DNA of 64,000 bases from Felis catus (taxonomy: Eukaryota): the NCBI RefSeq assembly GCF_018350175.1, contig NC_058383.1, positions 8,496,001-8,560,000 on the forward strand, read 5' to 3'. The notes under the pieces are model-generated. The model made no database searches, was not told the origin of the DNA, and was given only the letters and a program-made list of their open reading frames with translations. Each line of letters begins with the position of its first letter. The stretch's first letter is position 1. Below are positions 12,721 through 25,108 of the stretch, piece by piece. The position numbers and the translations under genes were made by a program.

Positions 12721-15700
12721 CTCCCGCCTGCCAGGGAGAGGGAGAGGGGAGGACCAGCCGGGCCCCATCCCACGGGGCGGCCCCCACCTAGGCCGGCCCC
12801 GTGCGGGAAGGAGGCCGCAGATGACCTCATGGCAGCAGCAGCTGTGAATCATGGCCCCGACCGCGTTCCCACTTCCCTGGGGGTGGGCAAGCGTGTGGGT
12901 CCTCAGAGCTCTGGCTCGACACCCACGGCTGGCCACCCTCCCATCATGGCGGCCTCTCCAAAGGCCGTGGGGGAAGCTTCAGGAACCCCGCTGGCCTCCC
13001 CTCCGTAGATCTCGAACTGGAAATCCTCGATTCCGCTCAGCCCCCATCCAAGATTTCGGCTGAACCCCAACCACCCCGTGGGGAGGCCGAGGGGAGAGTG
13101 GAAGGTAGCGTAGGGCCAGCCGCCAACAGGGAGGTGTCGTCTAGAGGAGAGAGCAGTCGCCAATCACGCGGGGAGACCAGCGGTTGGGAGCGATGCTGGG
13201 CACGTCCGAGCTGAGAACCAACCTCCCCACCTTCCCCTCCATGCCCAACACCCCCCCACACACACACACACACGTTTACAAAGCATCCTGGGACAGAGGG
13301 TTCTGGCTGGTGGCGGGGGGCAGAGGGGGGGCAGCAAGAAGCAAGCAGACAGTTCCAGGGGAGGGTCCAGGAAGGCGGGAGGCACCGAGCACGACCAGGA
13401 AGCTGACAGCGGCCGGACGGGGACGATGGCCAGCGTGAGCGAACAGAGGAAAAGGCAGAGGAGATATGGGCCCAAGGACATTTTCGAGTAGACGCATCGG
13501 GACTGGGTCCCACGCTGGGAGGACAGGGACAAGGAGCAGGTCCCTCTCAGAAACAGGCCTCAAGGGTGGGGAGAGGCTCAAGGCAAACTCTGGGGTCTTT
13601 GCGGGAGTTGGCCCTTCCGGGACCCCAGCTCGTCCCATGTGCCCCTCAGCAGGGACGCTGAGTCTCTGCTCTGGTCGGACTTTCTGCAGCCAGTCGGAGA
13701 CTCTCCCGAAGGGACACATGGATCCAGAAAATGGTTTTATGTGGTTCTTGGCCCCCTGCTCCAGGACTCAAACTCCTTCCTGATCCCCGCTGATCCCACC
13801 TCCTCTTTCTCCAGATTCACCCTCCTCCCCCTGGCTTTTCATGGCCTCTCGGGGTCACCAGGGAGGCCCTTCGCAGGGCCCCAGGCCCCTCAGCCACCCC
13901 CACGACAGTCCTCCACACGGCCCACTCCCGTCCCCCCCCGCTGTTCAGCCCACGCTCGCCCCCCGCCGGGCCCCCTCTCTGACCCGGGCTCCTCTGCTGC
14001 AGGCAAGTCCCCTCCCTGCGCCCCAAGCCTCAGTCCCCACCCAGCTTCTCCACAGGAAGTGCACCCGCGGTGCCTCAACCAGGCATTCGCTGCCTGTCCT
14101 GGGGCAGAGACCTGTCAGCAGGACTGTCACTTCCCCTCTGCCAGAGGCTGCTTTCTAAGTGTTGTCTGTCGACACCCTCACACACACAAAGTCTAGGTAG
14201 GGGGGACGGTTTCCTCTGACCGGTGCCAGGGTCTCAGTTGGTGCTCACACCTGCCCTCCGTGGCAGGCACCACGAGCGCCCCATTTTACAGATGAGGGGA
14301 CCCGCTGCTCCCATGAGGCAGGGCCCGCCCCAGCCACCCTCTGCTTCCTGGGCAGGTGGGGGCCACCCAGTCCCTGCCCTCCCCCACACCCCGGCCTGGC
14401 TTCCTCCCAGGCACCTGCCCGCCGTCCGGTGTCTCAGACCAGCCTTGCCCCAAATGAAGCGGGACAGGACCCTGGCCTTGGGGCTGGCAGACACGTGGCT
14501 GTCCCAGCTCCATCATCTTGGGGGAAGTTATTGACCATCCCTGGGCTTCTGTTCCCACCCCTGCCAAAGGGACAGCGGCCTCCAGCTTCTCCGGGTAAGA
14601 GACGGCAACACAGCACAATGGAGAGCCGCCACTGAGGCAGGCGGGCCGCGGAGGTGGGTTTCTAGCGCTGCCTCTTGGAGCTGGGCCCCCTCACTGCTCT
14701 GGGCCCGTGTCTTCTCATGAGTCAATGGGATCTAACAGCGTTTCTCCCTCGCATTCAGCCCAGGGCAGGTGCAACCAGGGTACTGTGTGATATTTTCAGT
14801 CAAGGTTCAGTCTGGCTCTAGAACTTTCTATAGTTCTTTGACAGACCATCTTCCCAGGGGACGGCTTCAGCAGCGCTGAGGCTGGACCACCAACCCCTTC
14901 GCCCAAAACAGGTCTGTGTAAAGGTCCCTGTAAGGCCACAGCTGCAAACCCGGAAATGGGCCCATACTGGAGTTGCTGGAGTCCAGCCAAGGGACCTCCG
15001 CGGGGGGCTCCAGACCCCTGAGGCTGGGCGGTGACTCGGGAGGCACCAGGAGCCCCTGCCACCCTCCCTCCCGGTGGAGGCAGACCAGCTGGGACAGGCA
15101 CGTTCACGCCGTGTCTCTCACTCGCTCTCCCCCGGCCCATCTCCTTCTCCCCGTCCCATGGACGCCTCGCCAGGAAGACCTCTCTGCACCCGATACAGCC
15201 CTCCCGGCGAAAGGCACGCTCGCGGGATCGGAGGCTGATTCACGGGACAGGATGACCAAATACGAAGCGAGCTGAACGCACCGGGAACCCAGGCTGGGGA
15301 GCAGAGAAGGCGAACCACAAGGGGCGGGACGGGGGCGCCCGGGGACAGCCACGTTCCCTCCCGCCTGCGGCCTGCCAGGCCCACGCCAGGCCCAGAGGGC
15401 CCTGATCCCCCGGCCCCCGGAGCCACGCCCAGCCCGAGGAGAGGCCCGTCCCCGTCACGATGGGTCCCTCCGAGCGTGGCGCGTCCGCTGTGCTGCCCCG
15501 GGAGCGGAGCGGCCTCCTGCCTCCCCCACGGCTCTGCCGGATGGCACCGGCTCCGGCTGCATCTGCCTGTTTACATTACCCCAACAGAAAGCAGCTTTGT
15601 TTATGGAAAAGAGCTATTTCGGTGCCACGTTTCTCTCCACTCCTCTGACTCGCAGGAGTGGCTGCTCTCCGGAGGCGCGGAGGGGAGCCGTCTCCACGTC

Positions 15701-16530
15701 CCCGGGAAGGTGCTCGGGGGCTCCCACAGGTGGAGCGGGCCACGGGGCCATCTCCGGCCACCACGGCCCTCGGAAGAGGATGACGTCCCCCCAGGAGAGG
15801 GACCCTAGCGAGTCCCGCCCGCTGGTGAGCCGGTGACCCCGGACCCTGTCCTCTCAGTGGACCCCACCCGCCCTGGGCTCATCGACCAGGCCCTCTCCTC
15901 CCCGAGCCAGGCGAGTCCTGTTATCCCCATTATCCGGATGAGAGCGGAGACCGCAGAGGCGAAGCGGGATCTCCCAATGTCACAAAGCTGGTGAGACCCA
16001 GGGATTTCGCCACCGTGCCGCCCCGGGATGGAGATGCTGTGCGTGTCTAATGGAGGGGGCATCGGGTGGAAGTCCATGGTGATAACTATTTCAATAAAAA
16101 ACCACGGCCAACGCTTCGTTCCAGGCTCGGGAAACAACCAACAAAGCGGGAGCAGGACTAAGTAAGTTCAACGACGTGCGTGCTTCTCCAGAGAGAGGCC
16201 GCCATTTTCCAGATGGGAACCCCGAAGCTTGGAAGGGGTAGGAGGAAACAAGTCATGACATCCCACCTAGAACAAACGAGAGAGGGGTTCCCCGGGCCCC
16301 GTGCACCTGCCTCCTCGCGCAGGAGAAGAGGGAGGCAGAGGGTTCTCCAGAATGTTCACCGCAGCTCCGGGTAGAGTGCCCTGCACGCCCTCCCTTTCCT
16401 CGTGACTCCGCACACTTCCTCCATGGAATTTGCGATTTCCGGGGTGCACACATTGCCTGGACCGCCAAGGCAGGTCAACAGCTGTCACCATGACAGCAAG
16501 GAGAAAGGAAAAGGGAGGCTGACCGAGGTG

Positions 16531-16547
16531 GAGCGCCCCCTAGAGAG
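16531..16547 (-). promoter_or_regulatory. Candidate CTCF site
   Basis: Minus strand reads CTCTCTAGGGGGCGCTC, close to the CTCF core CCASYAGRKGGCRS. Confidence 0.4.
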
Positions 16548-17778
16548 ACTGCAACACAACTTCAGGACTAATTCCCCTGCCCCCGGAGGGGGGGGGAGCT
16601 TACATAGGGGCAAGGGTGGGGCCCCCCCCCCGGGGCCCCCCATGCTGGGGATGGCGATAAAGGTGTGTTTAGAGAAGAGCTTAAAACTTATTGTAGCTTT
16701 GTGCAGGGTTTCCTGTAGGCCTTTGGGACTCCTGGCCTGCAGCCCCTGGTGTCTAGAACCTTCTATGTGGCTACAGTGGTGATGTGGGCCCGGGGGAGCT
16801 GTTCTGGAACAAAGCTGTCAGCTCTAAGCCCTGGGGAAGCTCAGTTTCCCTCGGGGCATTCTGCCCTAGGCTCTCTCTGCTCTGCCCTGCCCGCCACACG
16901 CATGCAAAGCCACACAGGAAACTTTCAGACCCTCAGGGGAGGGACACACAGAGCCACGTGGCCTTGTTCCCTAGGCAGACAGGTGCCCGCTTCACAAAGG
17001 TACCTAAAAACCACCCTGGCACCAAAGCAATGCCGCCCTGGATGCCTTCACTCCACCCTCTCAGGTTAGTCCCCTGAGGGGCAGCGATTACAACACGAGG
17101 TGACCCCCCCAGCAGGGGGGAAGCGGGAAGGGGAAGCGCTCCGCTCAGCTCCTTAAGGGGCAGGCAGGGCTCTCCTGGATGGACCTCACGAGATCACTGT
17201 GACTGAGTCAGCACCCAGGCCCCTTCTTGAGTGTCTCCCTCAGAGCCATCCCCAGAAGGGGAAAATGAGGCCACTTGACCTAATGGCCTCTCGGCCTGGG
17301 TGTTCTCCCTGGAGCTGATTTCTTCACGGCTGTTAATGGGAACGTCCAACTCGAAGCAGGCCTGTCCTGCTCCCGTGGAAAGCGCTGTGGCTGGCTGACC
17401 GTGGTGGTTTATAAACGACAGCCTCAGCCTCGGCCCTCCCTGCCTCCCTCGTGAATCACCACGCTTGCTGGGGTGGGGATGGGGGGGTTGGGAGGGGAGG
17501 GTCCCCCGGGGAGGGTCGGTCACTGGTCCCGGTCACGCCCCACCGGTCCGGGCCTGGACCCGAGGACCCCTCACAGCTGGGCAGGGCCTTCACAGTTTAC
17601 AGAGAGCCCTCCCTTGTCTCATCTCCCTTCACCCTTTGAGCTGGGACACCAAAACACCTAGAAAACACAGTGCCTGGACCTGCCCCCCGCGTTCTCCTCC
17701 TTAGCCCACAAGCATTGCCCCAGAGCCCACTCTGTGCCCGGGGCTGGAGATAGAGGCCTGGGGGTGGGGGTGGACCCG

Positions 17779-17826
17779 GCCCTGCCCCTGCCCCTGCCCC
17801 TGCCCCTCCCCCTGCCCCCGCCCCCA
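17779..17826. repeat. (CCCCTG)n low-complexity repeat
   Basis: Seen directly; the minus strand carries more than 4 G4 tracts. Confidence 0.9.
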
Positions 17827-18689
17827 GCCTCAGCCCTGCCATCCAGCCCCCCGTGCAGCAGGGGGATCCTCCAATCCCGCCCCTGGCCCACCCAGATCCA
17901 ACAGTGCGCCCCCAACCCTGCCGCCCAGATGGTCAAGGGATTCCTCAGCCTCCACTGGAGGCCCTCCCCCTCTCCCCTCCCGCTTCACGACTGCACAGTC
18001 TCTCTGCTTTGGCCTGAGAGCGGCTGACGTGCGGCCAGCGCACGGTTTCCTGTCCGCCCGGGCTGTACTAAGCTGCAGACCGGTCCCTGTGCACACCGTG
18101 CCCCCCCTTCCAGGCCCCGGCCTGGAGTTTCACGCTCCCGGAGCCCACCAGCCAGCCTCATCTGAGTCCACAGGTGCGTCAATGCCCAGCACCGATTCCA
18201 CCCTCCCAGAAGTCACCCCGCAGTGAAGGCGACCGCCGCCCGGATCGCAGCTGGCATCACGGGTGCAGGCCTGCTACCTCTGTCCCCCGCATCAGACGGT
18301 GAGCTCCTGGGGCGGGGGTAGGGGGCACGCAGTGAAGGGTGTGGCTCAGCACAGGGCCCCCCCCCCAGAACACGGGAATGCCATTGGCCGAATGAATGAG
18401 CAAAAAGACGAAAGAAGAGGAAGCAGAGGGGCCTGGGGGGCCTTGGGGTACCCTCAGATGGAGCTGGGGCCCTCCCCAAGCACAGCCCTCACCCTCTGCT
18501 TCGGAGAACACCGGCACATCATTTCTTTGCCTGCCCAGCACCTCTGGCCGCATCTCCTCCACCTGGGGAATCGCCTCCTTTCCGTCTTTCATCTTCCGGC
18601 CAGCCCCCTTCAGCCTCCCTTGCAGCTAGAGTTACATCATGTGACCTGGGCTCCACCAATCACAAGCCTGCCAGACTCAGGATGGGCAG

Positions 18690-18960
18690 GGACGACCCAG
18701 GAGGCAGGTGCTGCGGTGTAGAATCTACTCTGGCGGCAGGAGGCAGTGCTGAGACTCGTGCGGGGTGCCCAGTGGGGAGCAGCTGGCGTGAGCTCCCTGC
18801 AGCGATTCCTGCCGTGGGTTTGGGGGCCCCCACTCCTGGCTCTGCACAGTCTTTCTCAGAGAGTCTGTGCTATGGGGTATCCTTGAATAAACTCTTTGTC
18901 TACTCAACCTGGCCAGAGTTGATTGAGTTGATTTCTGTGTCTGAAATCATAGACCCCGAC
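18690..18960 (+). mobile_element. ERVL LTR16-like fragment
   Basis: 'ccttgaataaactcttt...ctggccagagttgatt...tctgtgtctgaaatca' resembles an ERVL LTR 3' end with AATAAA. Confidence 0.4.
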
Positions 18961-20080
18961 CTGTTCACCTCACGGTGATGAACGTGCCCCAGGAAGCCTT
19001 GGCAGGTCCCAGTTTAGAGAAGTATTTGTGTGTGAGTAAGACGTCAGGCCTTGTGTGGGGAAGCAGGCTGGGGGAGGCGGGGGGCAGGGGGAACCAGAGG
19101 TGCCCACGCACCAAAGTGGGGACCCTGAGAAGAGGCTGCTTTGCATCCTGAGGTTGGCTCCACAGCTGTGGGGGTCGGCTCTCACCGCTGTGTCTTTGCC
19201 CCTGCTCAGGCCTCTGCCTATCCACACCCCCAACCACTTCCGATAACTCCTTATCCTGAGAGACTCGGGTTCTCATTGTCTATTTCTGGAAGCTTCCAGC
19301 CCCACCCCTCTGGGCCAGGCGCCTCCTCGATGCTCCCAGAGCCCCCAGGGCCACATCTGACAATGCCCTTCCACTTTGCACGGTCGCTGTCTATTGCCCC
19401 CTCCTGAGGGCAGGGGTCACCTCTGGTCCACTCCGAGCACTCAGTGCTCCCGGCATACAGGAGATGCCCCGGGAACGTTTGCTGAGTGACTGAGTGAGTG
19501 GGTGGGAGAAGCCAGGGGTCTCTGGGCTCGGTGAAAACGGGAGAGGGAAAACAGTTACAGCAGGGCCTTGGGGCTTGGCGGGCGCGCCCACCCCTACCTG
19601 AACCCCCAGGCCGGCAGGCACGTGCTCGGCTTGCTTCTGTGCAAAGTGAATGTGTGGGGCTGGTCCATGCCTGCAGCCCCATCCACCGCGCGAGTTTCAG
19701 AGCAAATTCAACAGGAAAAGATTTCCCGGGAAATAAATCTAGAGCTACCGACTGGCTTCAAGGCCCCCTTTATCCCACATTGATTTGTATCTTGGAGATT
19801 TAAGCCTCTCCATTTGTTTGCCTGGGACGCTTGTCACGCAGACATCCAGGCACGTGGCCGCAAGAGCGGTTTCCTGAGCCACACTGGGTAGAGAAGTCAA
19901 GTGCATCCCTTTGGGCATACGCCTCCCCCTCTCCCTCCTTCCCTGGCAGGCAGGGGAAGCTCCCGGCGAGCTGCTCAGAGGCCATCGGGCCACTGCACTG
20001 CACCAGCCAGGTGCCAAGGGCAGCAAAGGGTCAAAGTGCCAGGGGTCTCTGTTCCTCCAGGTCATGGTCACCAGAGACAA

Positions 20081-20257
20081 TCTCAGGTCATGATTTCACT
20101 GTTCGTGGGATTGAGCCCCTTCCTGGGCTCTGTGCTGACAGTGTGGAGCCTGCTTGGGATTCTCCCTCTGTCTCTGTCTCTCTCTTCTTCCCCCCCTGGC
20201 TCACGTTCTCTCGCTTTTCCTCTCTCTCTCAAAATAAATAAACATGAACAAAAAAAA
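20081..20257 (+). mobile_element. 5'-truncated CAN-SINE
   Basis: Starts at 'ctcaggtcatgat', CT-rich body, aaaataaataaa tail. Confidence 0.9.
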
Positions 20258-21234
20258 TCCTTCTCCCTAGATGTCTCTCTGTTGTCTCTGCCTTGGCCCA
20301 CCCCCTACTCCCCTCCCCCTGCCCCTCCAATCCTGCCCACCCACTATCAAAGCAGAACAATCTGGCCCCCATAGTCCCATTTCCTCCCCTAGCGAGGCTG
20401 ATAGGAGGATCCACTTTCAAGGGGAATTTGGTACTAGTTCTTAAAACGATGAATTTTCGGCTGCTATAATGCCACCAGACTCACAGCTCCCGGTCCCTCC
20501 TGCCTTCCAGGGACCCAGAATTGAATGGAGCACAGGTGCAGACCTCACGGAATCCCAGGTCAGGGTCAAGCCCTAAGGGGTTCGCCCACGGCAGAGAAGG
20601 TGGGGAGACACCGGGTGGAGGGAAGCACAACACAGATGGGCAAGGACAGATGAGGGACAGCTCCCCCCACATGGAGGAGCCAGAAAGGGCCTCACCAAAG
20701 ACGTGATGGGATAGCTGGCCTTGAATGGGTTCCAAGAGCGCGAGAGGTAGTGGGGCCAGAATCCTCATCGGCGCCTCTCTAAGATTCACCTGCTGAGGCT
20801 GCGCTGTGATCACTGGCTGTTAGGTCTGCCTCCTCCGCCAGGCTGGGAGCTCTGGAAGGTGATCTCCTTTCAAGGGCCAAGTTCGATCAGTCTCAGCCCT
20901 GGGAGGAAGGAAGGGAAGGAAGGTGAGTAGGGGTGAGAGAGCCGTGGCAGCATCTAGAGTCCGGGGGTGCTGGCGGCCGCAGGACCCCTGATGCTAGGGC
21001 AGAGACAAGAGGCGGACTTGGCCGTGGACGTGATCACTTAGCACCAAAAGTGAGCAGGATCGGGGGTTGCGGGTCCTCAGGTCACTCCTACGAAAGGCCT
21101 TTTCCATCAAGCACTGGACCCTCGAGCACAGAGGCCGTACCTTCTTCATCTTCTCTGTGCCCACCACCTCCGGCAGTGCCAGCCCGGAACCAGGTCCACA
21201 GCTCTCCCTTGGAATCCAGCAGGGGTAGCTGGCC

Positions 21235-21600
21235 CCTCTGCACATTGGCCACCCATTAGAATCACCGGGGACATGGGGCGCCTGGGTGGCTCAGTCGGTT
21301 GAGCGGCCGACTTCGGCTCAGGTCACGATCTCGCGGTCCGTGAGTTCGAGCCCCGCATCGGGCTCTGTGTTGACAGCTCGGAGCCTGGAGCCTGTTTCGG
21401 ATTCTGTGTCCCCCTCTCTCTCTGACCCTTCCCCGTTCATGCTCTGTCTCTCTCTGTCTCAAAAATAAATAAACGTTAAAAAAAAATAAAAAAAAAAAAA
21501 AGAATCACCAGGGACATTTGAGAAAATACTGATTCCCTAGGCCCCACCCCCAAGGAGACTGGTTTGACTGGTCTGGGGGTGGGGCCCCGGCATCGGCACT
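21235..21600. mobile_element. MER5A-like element split by a SINE
   Basis: 'cattagaatcacc|...gaaatactgattccctaggccccacccc...gactggtctggggg'. Confidence 0.55.
21275..21500 (+). mobile_element. CAN-SINE (SINEC_Fc-like)
   Basis: Full head; 17-bp TSD agaatcacc(g/a)gggacat at 21258-21274 and 21501-21517. Confidence 0.97.
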
Positions 21601-23169
21601 TTATTGAACAAAAAAATGATTATTCTGCTGTAGCATCTCGTGCGGCAAAAGAGGCAAGAGCTCACGGGACACGTGTACCTCGAAGGAAGTCTGGCTCTTG
21701 GTACTAAGGTCTGTCCCCTCTTTCAGAGCTTGCCCGGCTCAATGACTTCAGCCGCCCCCGTTTCAGACGACGCCTAAATCTCAGCGTCCAGCCCAGAGAG
21801 ACTCTCCGTCCCCAAATCACAATCGCACAGGGACAGATGCACGCGGTACGGAGCTCCGCCCGTCCCGGGGCCCCACCCTCCCGCTGGACAGCTGGATCCG
21901 TCGTCTGCTTTCGGCCGTCGTGACGGGAAACCAAGTTGAACTAGCCCGGTCGATGGGAGGCTTTGGGCTGTCATCCGTAGCCATGGGGTGCTGGGTACCA
22001 GGGGGCCCAAGGAGCCATTTGGTTCTGACACTCATCACCATCACCAAGAACTGCACTGCTCCACGCTGTGAAGACTCTAAGGAGTCTGGTCAAGCGCCCA
22101 CCCTCCACCACTCTGCTGAAGCCAGGAGCGTGGGGTCGCCGAGCACAGACGGTAACATACAGACAGAGGAACTCCATTTAAGACGGAGGAGTGAAGCCCC
22201 ATCCCAACAACCCCTCTTCCCCCAAAGACTAACCATTCGTAGTGTTAGAGGAATAATACCAACAGCGACAAACTCCAGAGAAGGCATTGTTGACCGGGTG
22301 TATTTATTTGCTGGGACCCGGTAAGCAGCAGATCTCTCACTCAAAGGGGTGATTGAAGAAACTGAATAAGGAGACTCGTTACAAGGGTGAGAGCGAAGGG
22401 GGCCGGGAAGGGGTGGCGAGGCACCGGGGATCAGCGGTTCCACACCCCCCTCCAGGCACGGAAGGCCACGGAGAGGTTGTCCAACTAGTGGCTGCCGTAG
22501 TGGGATTAGTACAGCCACTGCCAAACTGGGAAAAGTAGGCATTGGGGGGATACCCCAGTCTCTGTCCCCTGTTGCCCTCTCCTTGGCTGAACATAACCGG
22601 AAGCCAGAGAGAGCCCGAGCGAGGCAATCCATAGCGCCTTCCAAGCACTGAGCGGATGCGGAAGCGTGGGGAACACATCTTCAGGAACAAGTGTGGAACG
22701 TTCCACACCCTGAACGGCCACCCAGATGGAATCTGCCCTGGGGCTCCAGGGACCCAACGGCTTTAAAGTCACCCTTGCTTTCTCTGTTTATTCTCCCCCC
22801 ACATGCCATCACCAGGTCCTAATGATGCCATCTCCCGAACACTTCTGGAGTCTGGCCTCTCCTCTGTCTTCATTCTCTCCCCCTTGAACTTCTGCAAATT
22901 CTCTCTCCGCTGGCTTCTCCGTATCCAAGTGAATCCTCCCAGCAAGATGCCGTCGACTTGACCCACGGCCCTTCCCAGCCAAAACCTTCCCAGGAAACCC
23001 CCACTGCCTTCGGGGTAACAGGCAGACCCACCCTGTGTGCTCCGGGGCCACCGACCCCGCTCCAGGTGGGTTGGAGCAAGAGACACAAGGTTGGTGACAG
23101 TCTGGCTAAGAAATTGGGCCTCTTCCTTCAGGCAACGGGCACTAAAAGAGTTTTGGAAGCAAGAGTTTG

Positions 23170-24130
23170 TTGTTCTCGTGAACTTTTCATTTTGAAGGAA
23201 CTTCATACTTTCCAAGAAGCTGCAAAAATGGGACAAAGAATCCCCATCAACTCTATCCGGATTCTCCAGATGTCAACATGGCACGGCACAGCGTCAAAAT
23301 CGGGACATCCCACTACGTAACCTACAGACCTTCTTTGCATTTCCTAGGTAGTTGCCCTAACGTCTTTCTTCTGGTTCAGGATTCAGTGTAGGGTCACGTT
23401 ATTCTCAGTTGTCACGACTCTCCAGTCTCCTTGAATCTGGAACAGTTCCTCATCCGTGTCTTTCACGACCTTGACACCTTTGTGTCCACACTGGCCACTT
23501 CTTTTCTAGAATACCCTTCTATTTGGTTTTTTCTGATGTTTCCTCATCATTCAATCCAAGGTATGCATGTTGGGTAAAAAATGCCACAAAAGACAGGTTG
23601 CATCATCCTGGGAGGCATGTGATGTCAGCTCATCCCAATACGGTTGATATTAATTCTGACCGAGTGATTGAGATGTTGCCTGCCAAGTTTCTCCAGCGTA
23701 AAGTTGTGATTTTCCCTTTATTAATAAGTATCCTGTGGGGAGAATGCTTTAAAACTATAAATATCCGGGCCGCCCGAGTGGCTTAATTGGTTCAGCATCC
23801 GACTTCGGCTCAGGTCACGATCTCACGGTCCGTGAGTTCGAGCCCCACGTCGGGCTCCGTGCTGACCGCTCGGAGCCTGGAGCCCGCTTCGGATTCTGTG
23901 TCTCCCTCTCTCTCTGTCCCTCCCCCACGCGCTCTGTCTCTCAAAATGAATAAACATAAAAAACTTTTTTTTAAAAAGAACTATAAATATCGTGTTTTTC
24001 ATATACATGCAGCCCACCAATTCTAATACCCATACTCACCGGAAACAGTTTCTACCCTGGCATTTGGCAAATGGTGGTCCTCAAGCCCATCGCTCCTACA
24101 TTTACTGGTTGGAATTCTGCTGTCAGGAAG
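23170..24130 (-). mobile_element. Old L1MC/L1MD-like fragment, interrupted by a SINE
   Basis: 'tccagtctccttgaatctggaacagttcctc' and 'gtttctccagcgtaaagttgtgattttcccttta' are typical of a reverse-complement L1MC 3' UTR. Confidence 0.65.
23767..23977 (+). mobile_element. CAN-SINE
   Basis: SINEC body; TSD aactataaatatc on both sides. Confidence 0.95.
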
Positions 24131-24300
24131 AGAAAAGCAGGATCCACTCAACAGAGGATGGTCTCTGGGAATCACAGCAGCTCACCTGATACATTGCAAG
24201 CTTTATCTGGAATATATTTTAAAACGCTTACAACTCAATAATAAAAAGACAAATGAGCCAGTTAAAAAAAATGGGCAAGGGATTGGAATTGACATTTTTC

Positions 24301-24775
24301 TTTTTTTTTAAATTTTTAAAATGTTTATTATGGGGGCGCCTGGGTGGCGCAGTCGGTTAAGCGTCCGACTTCAGCCAGGTCACGATCTCGCGGTCCGTGA
24401 GTTTGAGCCCCGCGTCAGGCTCTGGGCTGATGGCTCAGAGCCTGGAGCCTGTTTCCGATTCTGTGTCTCCCTCTCTCTCTGCCCCTCCCCCGTTCATGCT
24501 CTGTCTCTCTCTGTCCCAAAAATAAATAAATGTTGAAAAAAAAAATTTTTTTTTAAATGTTTATTATGTATTTTTGAGAGAGAGAGAGGGGAGAGAGAGA
24601 GCATGAGCGCCTGACAGGGGGAGGGTTAGAGAGAGAGGAAGACACAGAATCCGAAGCAGGCTCCAGGCTCTGAGCTGTCAGCACAGAGCCCGACACGAGG
24701 CTTGAACCCACGAACCGTGAGATCGTGACCTGAGCCGAAGTCAGATGCCCGACTGTCTGAGACACAGGCATCCCC
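24301..24775 (-). mobile_element. CAN-SINE (older; tail split by a nested SINE)
   Basis: TSD ggaattgacatttttc (24285-24300) / ggaattagcatttttc (24776-24791). Confidence 0.9.
24333..24554 (+). mobile_element. Young SINEC_Fc-type copy, nested
   Basis: Diagnostic 'ggtggcgcagtcgg...cttcagccaggtcacg'; perfect 14-bp TSD aaatgtttattatg. Confidence 0.97.
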
Positions 24776-24923
24776 GGAATTAGCATTTTTCTACAAAAAT
24801 ACTTACAAGTGACCGATAAGCGTGAACAGATATTCTACATAATGGTTAGGGGAATGGACATCAGAACTGCTGTAAGATGTACTTTCTGCACACTGGGATG
24901 GCTGTCTCGAAGAAACAGACACC

Positions 24924-25108
24924 GGGCGCCTGGGTGGCTCAGTCGGTTAAGCGTCCAACTCGTGATGTTGGCTCAGGTCGTGATCTTGCGGTTTGGGATC
25001 ACACCGGCAGTGTGCGGCCTGCTTGGGATTCTCCCTCTCTCTCTGCCCCTCCCCAGCTCACATACTCTCCGTCTCTCGCGAAATAAGTAAATAAAAAAAG
25101 AGAGAGAG
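24924..25108 (+). mobile_element. CAN-SINE
   Basis: Head gggcgcctgggtggctcagtcgg; TSD agaaa(c/t)agacac. Confidence 0.92.

Noticed and set aside
24333..24420. tRNA-like sequences with Pol III A/B boxes
   Set aside because: These are tRNA-derived SINE heads continuing into the SINE body and A tail, not tRNA genes.
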